Source of the DNA: a virus
Lineage: Duplodnaviria; Caudoviricetes
Direction: 5' to 3' (one strand)
IMG/VR virus record: IMGVR_UViG_3300045999_001046
Location: 1-55,727 of that record
DNA: 55,727 nucleotides
This document shows positions 46,608-54,154 of this stretch, one piece after another. A model generated the notes under the pieces. It had not been told where the DNA came from, did no database searches, and was given only the letters and a program-made list of their open reading frames with translations. A program made the position numbers and the translations under genes. Positions within the stretch are counted from its first letter, which is position 1. Each line of letters starts with the position of its first letter.

Positions 46608-48149
46608 TTAGTAATACGCCTTCTTGCGCCTGAATTCCCTTACTTCTTCCGGCTCATCCAGTTCTGTCCGGAGGAAGCCACCCTTACGGAAGCGCGACAT
46701 GGCGAGGGATACCGAGTCCACATAGTCATCATGCTCCCCACCGGGGAACGACGCCACCTCATCCACCACTTCTTCCGCCCACCTTGTGTTGGGTACCCAG
46801 ACGCGCCCGGAGGCGAAGATGTCTGACACCGCATTTAATCTACTAATCTTGTCGTTGCCCTTGTTAGGCGTGAATTCTTGCACAGGCACACCCATCGCCC
46901 GCATCTCGTATATCAGCGGCGCACCCGATGCCTTCTTCTCGATAATTATGGAGTCAGGTTCCCACTCCCGATACTCTTCCAGCGCCTTGCGTTTTAGCTC
47001 CGGAAACTCCATGCGCTTGCGAATAGCGTTTAAGAGGATGATATTAGCCTGCATAATGCCTGCCGAGTCCTCTTTATAGAAGACACCCCATGTAGTACAC
47101 GCACTGTAGTCGGCTCGATTGTGTTTCTCGAACGCCGTATCCCAGCTTTGCAAGGTGAATTCACAGTACGGAGGGCTATCATCCTCCCAGATTTGCCACC
47201 ATTCCCGCTTCACAATCGCCGAGCTGTCTGAGGTGGGCTGCTGCATGTACTGCGCCATCCATTTCTGGTTGGGCAGTTCGTTTCTGAGAGCTTGAAGTTC
47301 TTTAATTGACCAAAACTCAGGCCAAAGTGGGTTGCCAGAGGGCAAAATCGCCGGAAACTCGATCACCGTCCACTCATCGCCGTCTCTTTGCGCAGCAGAC
47401 TTGATTACTTGCCCCGTCAAATCCTTCTTTGACCAGCGTGTCATCACAATGATGATGGAGCCGCCCGGCTGTAAACGCTGACGAGGGCCAGATGTGTACC
47501 ACTCGTACGTCTTATCGTAGATTTCGGGGTTAATTTCGGCGAGCGCCGCCTCTTGTTCGCTGTGCGGATCGTCAATAATCAGAATATCCGCGCCTTTACC
47601 GGTTACCGCACCGCCAATACCGATAGCGAAGTAGTCACCGCCCTTGGATGTGTTCCACCGGCCCGCTGCTTTAGAGTCTGACTGGAGGTGAGTGTCCGGG
47701 AAAACCGACTTATATACGTCGCTGTCCACCAAGTTACGGACTTTTCGACCAAAACCCACCGCCAATTCGGCTGTATGGGAGGTCTGAATCACCTTTTTGT
47801 GAGGAAAATTGCCCAGAAACCACGCTGGCAGCAGATATGACGCGAATTCTGACTTGGTATGCCGGGGTGGCATGTTGATGATGAGTCGTTTGATCTCTCC
47901 ACGAGCCACCTTTTCAAACGCCTGAGCCATTCGGACATGGTGCGCTCCATTAATAAAGGAAGGCCAGACCTTATGGACAAACGCCATAAAGTTCGTTTTT
48001 GCCGTATTGGCTTCCTTGCGAGTAGTCAACTCCTCCAGTAACTCCGCCGCCTTGATCTGGACTTCCTGCGGCAGGGCATTCAGTAGGGTCGGGTTACTCT
48101 TTATGGACTCCAACAGGTTCGGCTTCGCTGTCTGCTGGTTCGGGGTCAT
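46608..48149 (-). CDS. terL: terminase large subunit
   Basis: NMPPRHTKS Walker A, IIDDPH Walker B, MTRW, SWDTA, IEKKASG, HDDYVDS. Confidence 0.95.
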   Translation of the reverse strand: MTPNQQTAKPNLLESIKSNPTLLNALPQEVQIKAAELLEELTTRKEANTAKTNFMAFVHKVWPSFINGAHHVRMAQAFEKVARGEIKRLIINMPPRHTKSEFASYLLPAWFLGNFPHKKVIQTSHTAELAVGFGRKVRNLVDSDVYKSVFPDTHLQSDSKAAGRWNTSKGGDYFAIGIGGAVTGKGADILIIDDPHSEQEAALAEINPEIYDKTYEWYTSGPRQRLQPGGSIIIVMTRWSKKDLTGQVIKSAAQRDGDEWTVIEFPAILPSGNPLWPEFWSIKELQALRNELPNQKWMAQYMQQPTSDSSAIVKREWWQIWEDDSPPYCEFTLQSWDTAFEKHNRADYSACTTWGVFYKEDSAGIMQANIILLNAIRKRMEFPELKRKALEEYREWEPDSIIIEKKASGAPLIYEMRAMGVPVQEFTPNKGNDKISRLNAVSDIFASGRVWVPNTRWAEEVVDEVASFPGGEHDDYVDSVSLAMSRFRKGGFLRTELDEPEEVREFRRKKAYY

Positions 48150-48717
48150 CTAAGGCTGCAAGTTCCGCATCAATATCGATCAAGGGTTTTGGACGCGCCG
48201 GGTCTTCCCCGTTCTCAATCACGTCCGCGTTACCCATGTATTTCTCCAAGAGCGTCACTAGCTCGCCTTCAAGGTCGGCTGTGGTTTTTTGCTTGATGGT
48301 GATCTCCATCTGCTCGCTGAACAGATTCACACCTCTACGTTTGCCTAGCAGTTCTAGGGCTTTCAGTCTTACTTTGGGGTCTTCGTCTTCGGTTTCTTCA
48401 AGGAGCCGATTAGTGACGTAGTTGGCGATGCGGCGGTTTGCGCCTAAGAACTCGTGGTCGTAACTTGTCAGGAGTGCTTCAAGTTTCAGAATGGCACCGG
48501 GCGGTGTACGCACTACATTGAGTGGACGTTGTTCCGCGAATAGTTGGTGGGCTACCGCGCTGTCCTCGGTGGTCAGGGGTATCTCGCCCCCTGCTTCCAA
48601 CAAACTTTTGATCGTCTCGCATGCCGTAGCTGCGCGTTCACGAAACTGCTCCACCTCCTCCGGTGTTACGTCCAGAGGTAGTGGTATGCCAACTTCAGGT
48701 GTGATGACGAGGGGCAT
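48094..48717 (-). CDS. terminase small subunit-like protein
   Basis: Upstream of TerL; DPKVRLKALELLGK; start MPLVITP inferred. Confidence 0.55.
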   Translation of the reverse strand: MPLVITPEVGIPLPLDVTPEEVEQFRERAATACETIKSLLEAGGEIPLTTEDSAVAHQLFAEQRPLNVVRTPPGAILKLEALLTSYDHEFLGANRRIANYVTNRLLEETEDEDPKVRLKALELLGKRRGVNLFSEQMEITIKQKTTADLEGELVTLLEKYMGNADVIENGEDPARPKPLIDIDAELAALDDPEPADSEAEPVGVHKE

Positions 48718-48985
48718 AGGCAAATTGTCGTGTTCTGCTTTCGCAGATTTTTTACATACCCCCCGCCTAATGGAACCTAAATAAAAAGGCAAGGGGGTGT
48801 GTTTCTATTTCGCGGAGTATAGCCATGCTTGGAATTTTTGCAAGGGGTGGGGGGTGTTGTCATTTTTGTATGTGATGTTGGGGGAGTGGTGACGGGATGT
48901 GTAAAACACAGCGCAGCGGGGCGGCGGAGTCCCATTTGCCAGCGCGGGGGGTAGGGGTACGGTGGGGTCGGCGGGTATCGAATTC

Positions 48986-49000
48986 TTAGGTCTGACCTAA
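48986..49000. promoter_or_regulatory. palindromic operator, copy 1
   Basis: TTAGGTC-T-GACCTAA. Confidence 0.75.
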
Positions 49001-49013
49001 ACGAATGGAAAGC

Positions 49014-49042
49014 TTGACAGCTGGAAAGTTTTATGAGACTAT
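49014..49042 (+). promoter_or_regulatory. sigma70-like early promoter
   Basis: TTGACA-17 bp-GACTAT with TGn extension. Confidence 0.6.
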
Positions 49043-49081
49043 TTGCTTGCGGTACCCAATCAACTAAATAGGAGTTTCAAA

Positions 49082-49693
49082 ATGACAACGAAATCAAAAG
49101 CAAGCAAGGCCGAAGTGCAACAAGTGCAACAGGTAATTATCGATCTCGCAACAGAGGCCGGTGAAATGGCAGCAGGTATCAGCAACATATGCGATGCAGT
49201 ATCTGCTATTACGCGTGACATGCATTTCCGCGCAGTGAAAGTAGGCCGTTTTAGTTTCAAGGATGAGAGCAAATGCTGCCCAATTGCAGCGGCCTTTATC
49301 AATGCGCGTTATCCAAATGCCGATGCAGTCTCGGATTCGACTGTATCCTTCACACTCTCATGCTTCCGCAAGGCCGTCGAATCGGGCGAGGACTATACCG
49401 AGAATCCTTCGCGCAAAGCCAAGGCCGCAAAGGCCGAGACCAAAGCCAAGGCCGAGACTGAGACCAAGGCCGAAGCAAAGGCCGAGACAACAGAGGCCGC
49501 AGAGGCCGCGAATGATGAGGCCGAGGCCGTCGAAGCGGATGAGACCATCGTTTGCGCGATTAAGAAAAAAGCAACTCTCAAAAAGGCCGCGCAGGAAATC
49601 CGCAAGCTTGCCAACAGCATGAAACCTATCGACGGCCTTAACCTGCTGGCAGCGATGCTACTCGACGTAGTTGACGAAATTGATGCGCAGTGA
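49082..49693 (+). CDS. early protein with Ala/Glu/Lys low-complexity linker
   Basis: SD AGGAG; own promoter and terminator; KAKAET/AEAA repeats. Confidence 0.75.
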   Translation: MTTKSKASKAEVQQVQQVIIDLATEAGEMAAGISNICDAVSAITRDMHFRAVKVGRFSFKDESKCCPIAAAFINARYPNADAVSDSTVSFTLSCFRKAVESGEDYTENPSRKAKAAKAETKAKAETETKAEAKAETTEAAEAANDEAEAVEADETIVCAIKKKATLKKAAQEIRKLANSMKPIDGLNLLAAMLLDVVDEIDAQ

Positions 49694-49715
49694 TCGACCC
49701 GACCCGATCCAACCC

Positions 49716-49738
49716 ACCCCGCTTCGGCGGGGTTTTTT
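49716..49738 (+). terminator. Rho-independent terminator
   Basis: ACCCCGC-TTCG-GCGGGGT-TTTTT. Confidence 0.9.
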
Positions 49739-49894
49739 ATTGCCCAAATTTTGGGCACGAGAACTGGTGTCAAAATGGCAGGAGGGTGGGCGAGCTTGCG
49801 TGACGCGCGCGTCGCGTGTGCGTGACGCGTGAAGTGGGAGAGAGCGCGAGAGAGGGGCACAACGCGCAGGGGCGAAACCAGTTTTCGAAGAGAG

Positions 49895-49917
49895 ATTCTT
49901 AGGTCTGACCAAAGAAT
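49895..49917. promoter_or_regulatory. palindromic operator, copy 2 (extended)
   Basis: ATTCTTAGGTC-T-GACCAAAGAAT, 23 bp with one mismatch. Confidence 0.7.
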
Positions 49918-49937
49918 GTAATAGTGAAACATGGACG

Positions 49938-50274
49938 TGTTCCGTTATTACAGGTTTGTTCCGCAATTCCGATTCTTGGAACAAGCTTTGGAACAGCCAA
50001 AACCCGCATGTTTCCTAGCTTTTTTCTTCTTTCTACTACTAATGTTCCATGTTCCATAAAATAAATATACAGAGTCTAAAACGTGTTTTGTAATAACGTA
50101 ACAGCCTTTCCGATTTTCCTATTACGTTTGTTACAAAGAGCTGTTTGGCAGCGTTATTTTTACGGAACAAGTGAACAAAAGACAAAACACACCCCAAATC
50201 CCGCATGTTTGCAGGAAAAAAGCCCTGTTACTCGATTTTGGAACACACCGAACAAATCCCGCATTCTTGGAACA
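49938..50274. repeat. array of GGAACA/TGTTCC hexamers around an AT-rich core (origin- or pac-like)
   Basis: Nine exact copies at 49938, 49957, 49978, 49990, 50043, 50050, 50164, 50240, 50269; three CCCGCAT copies. Confidence 0.65.
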
Positions 50275-50294
50275 AGGCTTGTAATACTGAAACA

Positions 50295-50600
50295 CTAAAC
50301 GGTTCGGACGATGGCAATCCCCGTTTCTTCCCGATGCACCGAATACTTGCGCAACCTATCGCTAAACCCCTCGCGCTTGTACATTTCTTTGTACCCGTTG
50401 TTGATGCGCATGATGGCAACCCGAACAGATGTTTCATTAATAACATTCTGTGGCATCAATACCGCTTCATCACGTTCCAACCCATCCACAGCCTTTCGTA
50501 CCTGATCAGCTTTAGTAATACGGTTCAGGTTGCGCACGTACATTTCTTCAGGCGACATGCGCTCGAAGGTTTTCACGATAACGTATTCTTTCTGTTCCAT
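50295..50600 (-). CDS. divergently transcribed small protein, possible regulator
   Basis: SD AGGGGTG; own promoter; ends YSVHREETGIAIVRTV. Confidence 0.7.
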   Translation of the reverse strand: MEQKEYVIVKTFERMSPEEMYVRNLNRITKADQVRKAVDGLERDEAVLMPQNVINETSVRVAIMRINNGYKEMYKREGFSDRLRKYSVHREETGIAIVRTV

Positions 50601-50638
50601 TATTTCACCCCTAGTTACCGGCTCATGCCGTGAAACAG

Positions 50639-50667
50639 ATTATATAAAACGCGAAGTGAAACAACAA
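50639..50667 (-). promoter_or_regulatory. sigma70-like promoter for 50295-50600
   Basis: TTGTTG-17 bp-TATAAT on the minus strand. Confidence 0.6.
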
Positions 50668-50686
50668 GCGAAATGTAATAAAAGAC

Positions 50687-50715
50687 TTGACAAACGGAAA
50701 GACTTGTGGCATAAT
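50687..50715 (+). promoter_or_regulatory. strong sigma70-like early promoter
   Basis: TTGACA-17 bp-CATAAT, TGn extension, A-rich upstream region. Confidence 0.8.
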
Positions 50716-50752
50716 TCAGTCTGGCTAGTAAATCGCTAGCCGACAACAAAAT

Positions 50753-50769
50753 CTTAGGTCAGACCTAAG
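50753..50769. promoter_or_regulatory. palindromic operator, copy 3
   Basis: CTTAGGTC-A-GACCTAAG between promoter and RBS. Confidence 0.75.
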
Positions 50770-50787
50770 CAACCCTTGGAGAACATT

Positions 50788-51576
50788 ATGACTACTAAAA
50801 AACCTTCGGGCTACATTATCTATCGCGGCCCTTCTCTTTTGGACGGCAAACCCATTGTCGTTGTGGCAATCGTCAAAGAATCCAAAAATGCCAAGACCGG
50901 CAACATGGTGCAGACATACATCTTGGTGGATAACGGACTAAGCCCGGTGGAGTCAGCGCGGTCACTGGCTGATGTATCTATTTGTGGTGACTGCAAACAT
51001 CGGCGCGGTACAGGCGGTGCGTGCTACGTAAACCTCGGTCAGGGTGCTCGGTCAGTGATGGACGGCGTGATGCGCGGTATCTATCCGAGTGTCCGGCTGA
51101 GTGAAGCGGCTGATGTAGTTGCTGGTAGGAAAGTGAGACTCGGCACGTACGGTGACCCGATGGCGGTTCCTGCCTATATCTGGTGGGGCTTGCTCGAGCA
51201 TGCCGATTCGCATACTGGCTATTCACATCAGTGGAACCCAGACACCGAGATTGTCAAATCGTTAAACATTCTGCATCCCGGTCAGTATGACGAGGTTCGC
51301 GAGCTGTGCATGGCATCGGTGGATAACGAGGACGAGTACGCACACGCAGTGTACGAAGGCTGGCGCACGTTTCGCGTACGTGGGCTGGATGATGCCGAAA
51401 AAGCAAGCAACGAGTTCGTGTGCCCGGCATCCGAAGAAGCTGGCAAGAAAAAACAATGCCACGAATGCATGGCATGCAACGGTGTCGGTGAAGATGACTC
51501 ACGTATCAAAAAAGCAACTGTCGTGATCACGGTTCACGGCTCACTCAAGAAACGATTCGAAGTACGTGCAGCGTGA
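50788..51576 (+). CDS. Cys-rich putative Fe-S protein (gp88/radical-SAM-like)
   Basis: NAKTG, CGDC..ACYV, VRLGTYGDP, TGYSHQW, CPAS..CHECMAC; function call tentative. Confidence 0.55.
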   Translation: MTTKKPSGYIIYRGPSLLDGKPIVVVAIVKESKNAKTGNMVQTYILVDNGLSPVESARSLADVSICGDCKHRRGTGGACYVNLGQGARSVMDGVMRGIYPSVRLSEAADVVAGRKVRLGTYGDPMAVPAYIWWGLLEHADSHTGYSHQWNPDTEIVKSLNILHPGQYDEVRELCMASVDNEDEYAHAVYEGWRTFRVRGLDDAEKASNEFVCPASEEAGKKKQCHECMACNGVGEDDSRIKKATVVITVHGSLKKRFEVRAA

Positions 51577-51613
51577 GCTGTGTGTGATGAGCGGGGGATT
51601 CGTCCCCCGATTC

Positions 51614-51628
51614 TTAGGTCTGACCAAA
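51614..51628. promoter_or_regulatory. palindromic operator, copy 4
   Basis: TTAGGTC-T-GACCAAA, just after hairpin CGGGGGA-TTCG-TCCCCCG (51592-51609). Confidence 0.7.
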
Positions 51629-51642
51629 ACTTGGAGAACGAT

Positions 51643-51975
51643 ATGAGAACGAATGAACTGAGCGGGGCTGCGCTGGACTGGGCGGTGGCAAGCATTGAAT
51701 TGACTGGACACGATGACTACACCAACGTCTTGATGGTCACGGTAGGCGATGACAACGACTGGAAATACACCCCATCAACCGACTGGGCGCAGGGCGGGGC
51801 GATCATTGAGCGCGAGGGCATTTGCTTGGTATTGAATCAGCATAGGACATGGGATGCTCACAAGGACAACGTAAACTTTTTCGAAACCGGCACAACACCA
51901 CTAATCGCAGCGATGCGCTGCTACGTGGCAAGCAAGCTGGGTGATGAGATTGAACTACCGGAGGGCGTGAGATGA
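51643..51975 (+). CDS. NinX/DUF2591-family protein
   Basis: ELSGAALDWAVA..PSTDWAQGGAIIERE..PLIAAMRCYVASKLG. Confidence 0.8.
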   Translation: MRTNELSGAALDWAVASIELTGHDDYTNVLMVTVGDDNDWKYTPSTDWAQGGAIIEREGICLVLNQHRTWDAHKDNVNFFETGTTPLIAAMRCYVASKLGDEIELPEGVR

Positions 51976-52283
51976 GAACACTCGAGGCGCAATATCAAAT
52001 AGAAAACATGGAGGCAGTCATGCAAGCAGCCAATGCAGTCATCAAACCAAAAACGAATGTAGCTAGCTACAAGACCGGGACGCTGGCAAACAAAACCAAA
52101 CAGCAAATAGAGCAGGCACTGGGCTTTCCGCCCAACGTGGACGATGACCCGGACAAGGTGCGGTATAGCTGGGCATTCACGATCAACGGCAGAGAGTGTG
52201 CCATCTGGGATTGGAAAGGCTCGGCGGATCAGGATGTGTGGTCGGTGTATGACCCGAGTCGTGTGCTGTCAATCGTTATGTGA
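51972..52283 (+). CDS. hypothetical early protein
   Basis: SD GGAGG; ATGA coupling; DKVRYSW..CAIWDWK. Confidence 0.75.
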   Translation: MRTLEAQYQIENMEAVMQAANAVIKPKTNVASYKTGTLANKTKQQIEQALGFPPNVDDDPDKVRYSWAFTINGRECAIWDWKGSADQDVWSVYDPSRVLSIVM

Positions 52284-52293
52284 GAGGTGTGTG

Positions 52294-52395
52294 ATGGATA
52301 AAGAAGAATGGGTAATTCTCGCGGCGGCGGTGATGGGTGCGTTCTTTGGCGCGGTGCTGGCGGTGCTGGTGATTCTATATAGGGGGGTTTTGTGA
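52294..52395 (+). CDS. 33-aa single-TM peptide
   Basis: SD GAGGTG; MDKEEWVILAAAVMGAFFGAVLAVLVILYRGVL. Confidence 0.6.
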   Translation: MDKEEWVILAAAVMGAFFGAVLAVLVILYRGVL

Positions 52396-52478
52396 TGGAT
52401 ACGTATGACTGGGTCGGTGTGATCTGTGCATTGGTGTTGTTCGGTGTTCTATTGATGACGTATGAGGGGGTGATATGA
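52395..52478 (+). CDS. 27-aa single-TM peptide
   Basis: TGATG coupling; MDTYDWVGVICALVLFGVLLMTYEGVI. Confidence 0.55.
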   Translation: MDTYDWVGVICALVLFGVLLMTYEGVI

Positions 52479-52636
52479 AATACGAAGTAACGATACGCGC
52501 CAAGATCACGAAGACGTTTACCGTAGATGCGGTGGATGAGGACGCGGCGATGGCGCAGGCGAATGAGATGTTCGATCTTGATTTGAACGGCAAGGAGAGA
52601 TACGAACAGTTCGTGCTGAACATAGTAGAAACTTGA
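52475..52636 (+). CDS. 53-aa protein (MKYEVTIRAKITKTFTVDAVDEDAA...)
   Basis: ATGA coupling; SD GAGGGGG; beta-beta-alpha pattern. Confidence 0.65.
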   Translation: MKYEVTIRAKITKTFTVDAVDEDAAMAQANEMFDLDLNGKERYEQFVLNIVET

Positions 52637-52661
52637 CACAGAGAAAGCTTTCCATCATAAT
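52633..52661 (+). promoter_or_regulatory. sigma70-like early promoter
   Basis: TTGACA-17 bp-CATAAT. Confidence 0.75.
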
Positions 52662-52692
52662 ACAACCTGTAGCACAAACCTTGGAGAAAACG

Positions 52693-52974
52693 ATGAACAC
52701 AATCTTTATGTCAGAAGTAGACCGGCTCGGCATCCTGCTGGCGCAGATCGCTGACCTAACCAAAGAAGCCAACGCCATCAAGGCAGGCATCAAAGCAGAC
52801 ACGCGGTCTAAGACGTTCGAGGGGTACATGTTCTGTGCCACTGTAATAGATCAGGACAAAACCACGTATGACGTTGATGTACTGAAGACGGCAGCTGACC
52901 CAGCTATCCTCGAGCTGGCAAAGCGCGAAACGTCTCAGGCCAGTGTCAAAGTCACCGCACGTCGAGCCAACTAA
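52693..52974 (+). CDS. hypothetical early protein
   Basis: CCTTGGAGAAA RBS; VDRLGILLAQIADL..SVKVTAR. Confidence 0.75.
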   Translation: MNTIFMSEVDRLGILLAQIADLTKEANAIKAGIKADTRSKTFEGYMFCATVIDQDKTTYDVDVLKTAADPAILELAKRETSQASVKVTARRAN

Positions 52975-52981
52975 CCAAATC

Positions 52982-52996
52982 TTAGGTCAGACCTAA
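52982..52996. promoter_or_regulatory. palindromic operator, copy 5
   Basis: TTAGGTC-A-GACCTAA. Confidence 0.75.
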
Positions 52997-53026
52997 TCAT
53001 GACGTACTAACCCTTGGAGAAACATC

Positions 53027-54145
53027 ATGTCACGCATCAATCTCAACACACGTGTATCACTCAAGCAGGCCAAAGCAGCAATCGCAGCAATCGGTGCGCA
53101 GCGCACCCTCCTCTTGCAGGGCGAGCCGGGTATTGGCAAGTCGTGGCTGATCAAGGAACTCGCAGCTGAGTTTCCTACACATCGCCCGGTCTACATCGAC
53201 TGCCAACTGCTACTGGATCAGGGTGACTTCTTCTACCCCTTCATTGCCGACACTGACGGCGGCAAGATCGCAGAGCGTGTGATGCTCGAGGACTTCAACT
53301 TCAACAGCGATCAACCGCTGATCATCATGCTCGATGAGATCGGCAAGGCAAACAAGGCGGTGATGAACGTGCTGCTGACGCTGATGTATGACCGGCGCAT
53401 TGGCTCGGTGCCGACACCCGAGGGCAGCATGGTGTTCGCGACTACCAACTTGAGCACCGATGGTGTGGGTGACTTCGTTGCAGCGCATGCACGTAGCCGG
53501 GTGATCCGACTCGAGGTAGCCAAGCCGCATGCTGGGTTCAATCCTGACGGTAGTATCGATGCAGATTCATGGGGTCACTGGGCATTGGGTAACGACATTG
53601 CTCCTGAGCTGGTGGCGTGGGTCAAGAGCAAGCCCGAGTGCTTGGACAGCTATCGCAACTACACCGCAGGTGAGAAGTGGGGCAATCCGTATGCGTTCCA
53701 TCCTACACAAGGTGCTGAGTCATATGTCTGTCCGCGCTCACTGCATGCAGCGTCTGATGTGGTCAAGCAGCGTAATGTGCTGGGGCATGAGCTGACACTG
53801 TCGCTACTGGCGGGTGCTGCGGGGGAAGCGTTTGCACGTGACTTCTCTGCATGGCTGCTGGTCAAGGATCGCGTGGCTTCGATGGATGCGGTGGTCGCTT
53901 CGCCTGAGTCGGCGGCGGTGCCAGAGAATCACGATGCGGTTGCGCTGTGTGTAATGGTGTTCAGTCTGGTGGCTGCAACGACAGACAAAACAATCGTGCC
54001 GTTCACTACGTACATGCAGCGTCTGCCCAAGGAATATCAGGCGATGTACTCGCGCTCTGTGATGGCGAGTGAAGAGAAGCAGAAGGTAGCGATCAAGTGC
54101 GAGAAGTTCCGCAAGTGGTCGATGGACAATCACTGGATGTTTTAA
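53027..54145 (+). CDS. MoxR/AAA_5-type AAA+ ATPase
   Basis: GEPGIGKS, IMLDEIGK, FATTN sensor, CPRS. Confidence 0.88.
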   Translation: MSRINLNTRVSLKQAKAAIAAIGAQRTLLLQGEPGIGKSWLIKELAAEFPTHRPVYIDCQLLLDQGDFFYPFIADTDGGKIAERVMLEDFNFNSDQPLIIMLDEIGKANKAVMNVLLTLMYDRRIGSVPTPEGSMVFATTNLSTDGVGDFVAAHARSRVIRLEVAKPHAGFNPDGSIDADSWGHWALGNDIAPELVAWVKSKPECLDSYRNYTAGEKWGNPYAFHPTQGAESYVCPRSLHAASDVVKQRNVLGHELTLSLLAGAAGEAFARDFSAWLLVKDRVASMDAVVASPESAAVPENHDAVALCVMVFSLVAATTDKTIVPFTTYMQRLPKEYQAMYSRSVMASEEKQKVAIKCEKFRKWSMDNHWMF

Positions 54146-54154
54146 GGGGGCGTT

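Noticed and set aside
48236-48252. CTTGGAGAAATACATG inside terS (and CCTTGGAG at 4260)
   Set aside because: Within coding sequence (Leu-Glu codons); cannot be told from chance, so not counted as targets.
9916-48784. Numerous plus-strand ORFs over the late module (e.g. 40659-41420, 34430-35053)
   Set aside because: Antisense shadows of well-supported genes; no RBS or motifs.
51592-51609. GC hairpin as an intrinsic terminator
   Set aside because: No proper U-tract (ATTCTT); could be a pause or stability hairpin.
48986-52996. Palindromic repeats as a CRISPR array
   Set aside because: Only 15 bp, spaced 0.85-1.4 kb apart with genes between; no cas operon.
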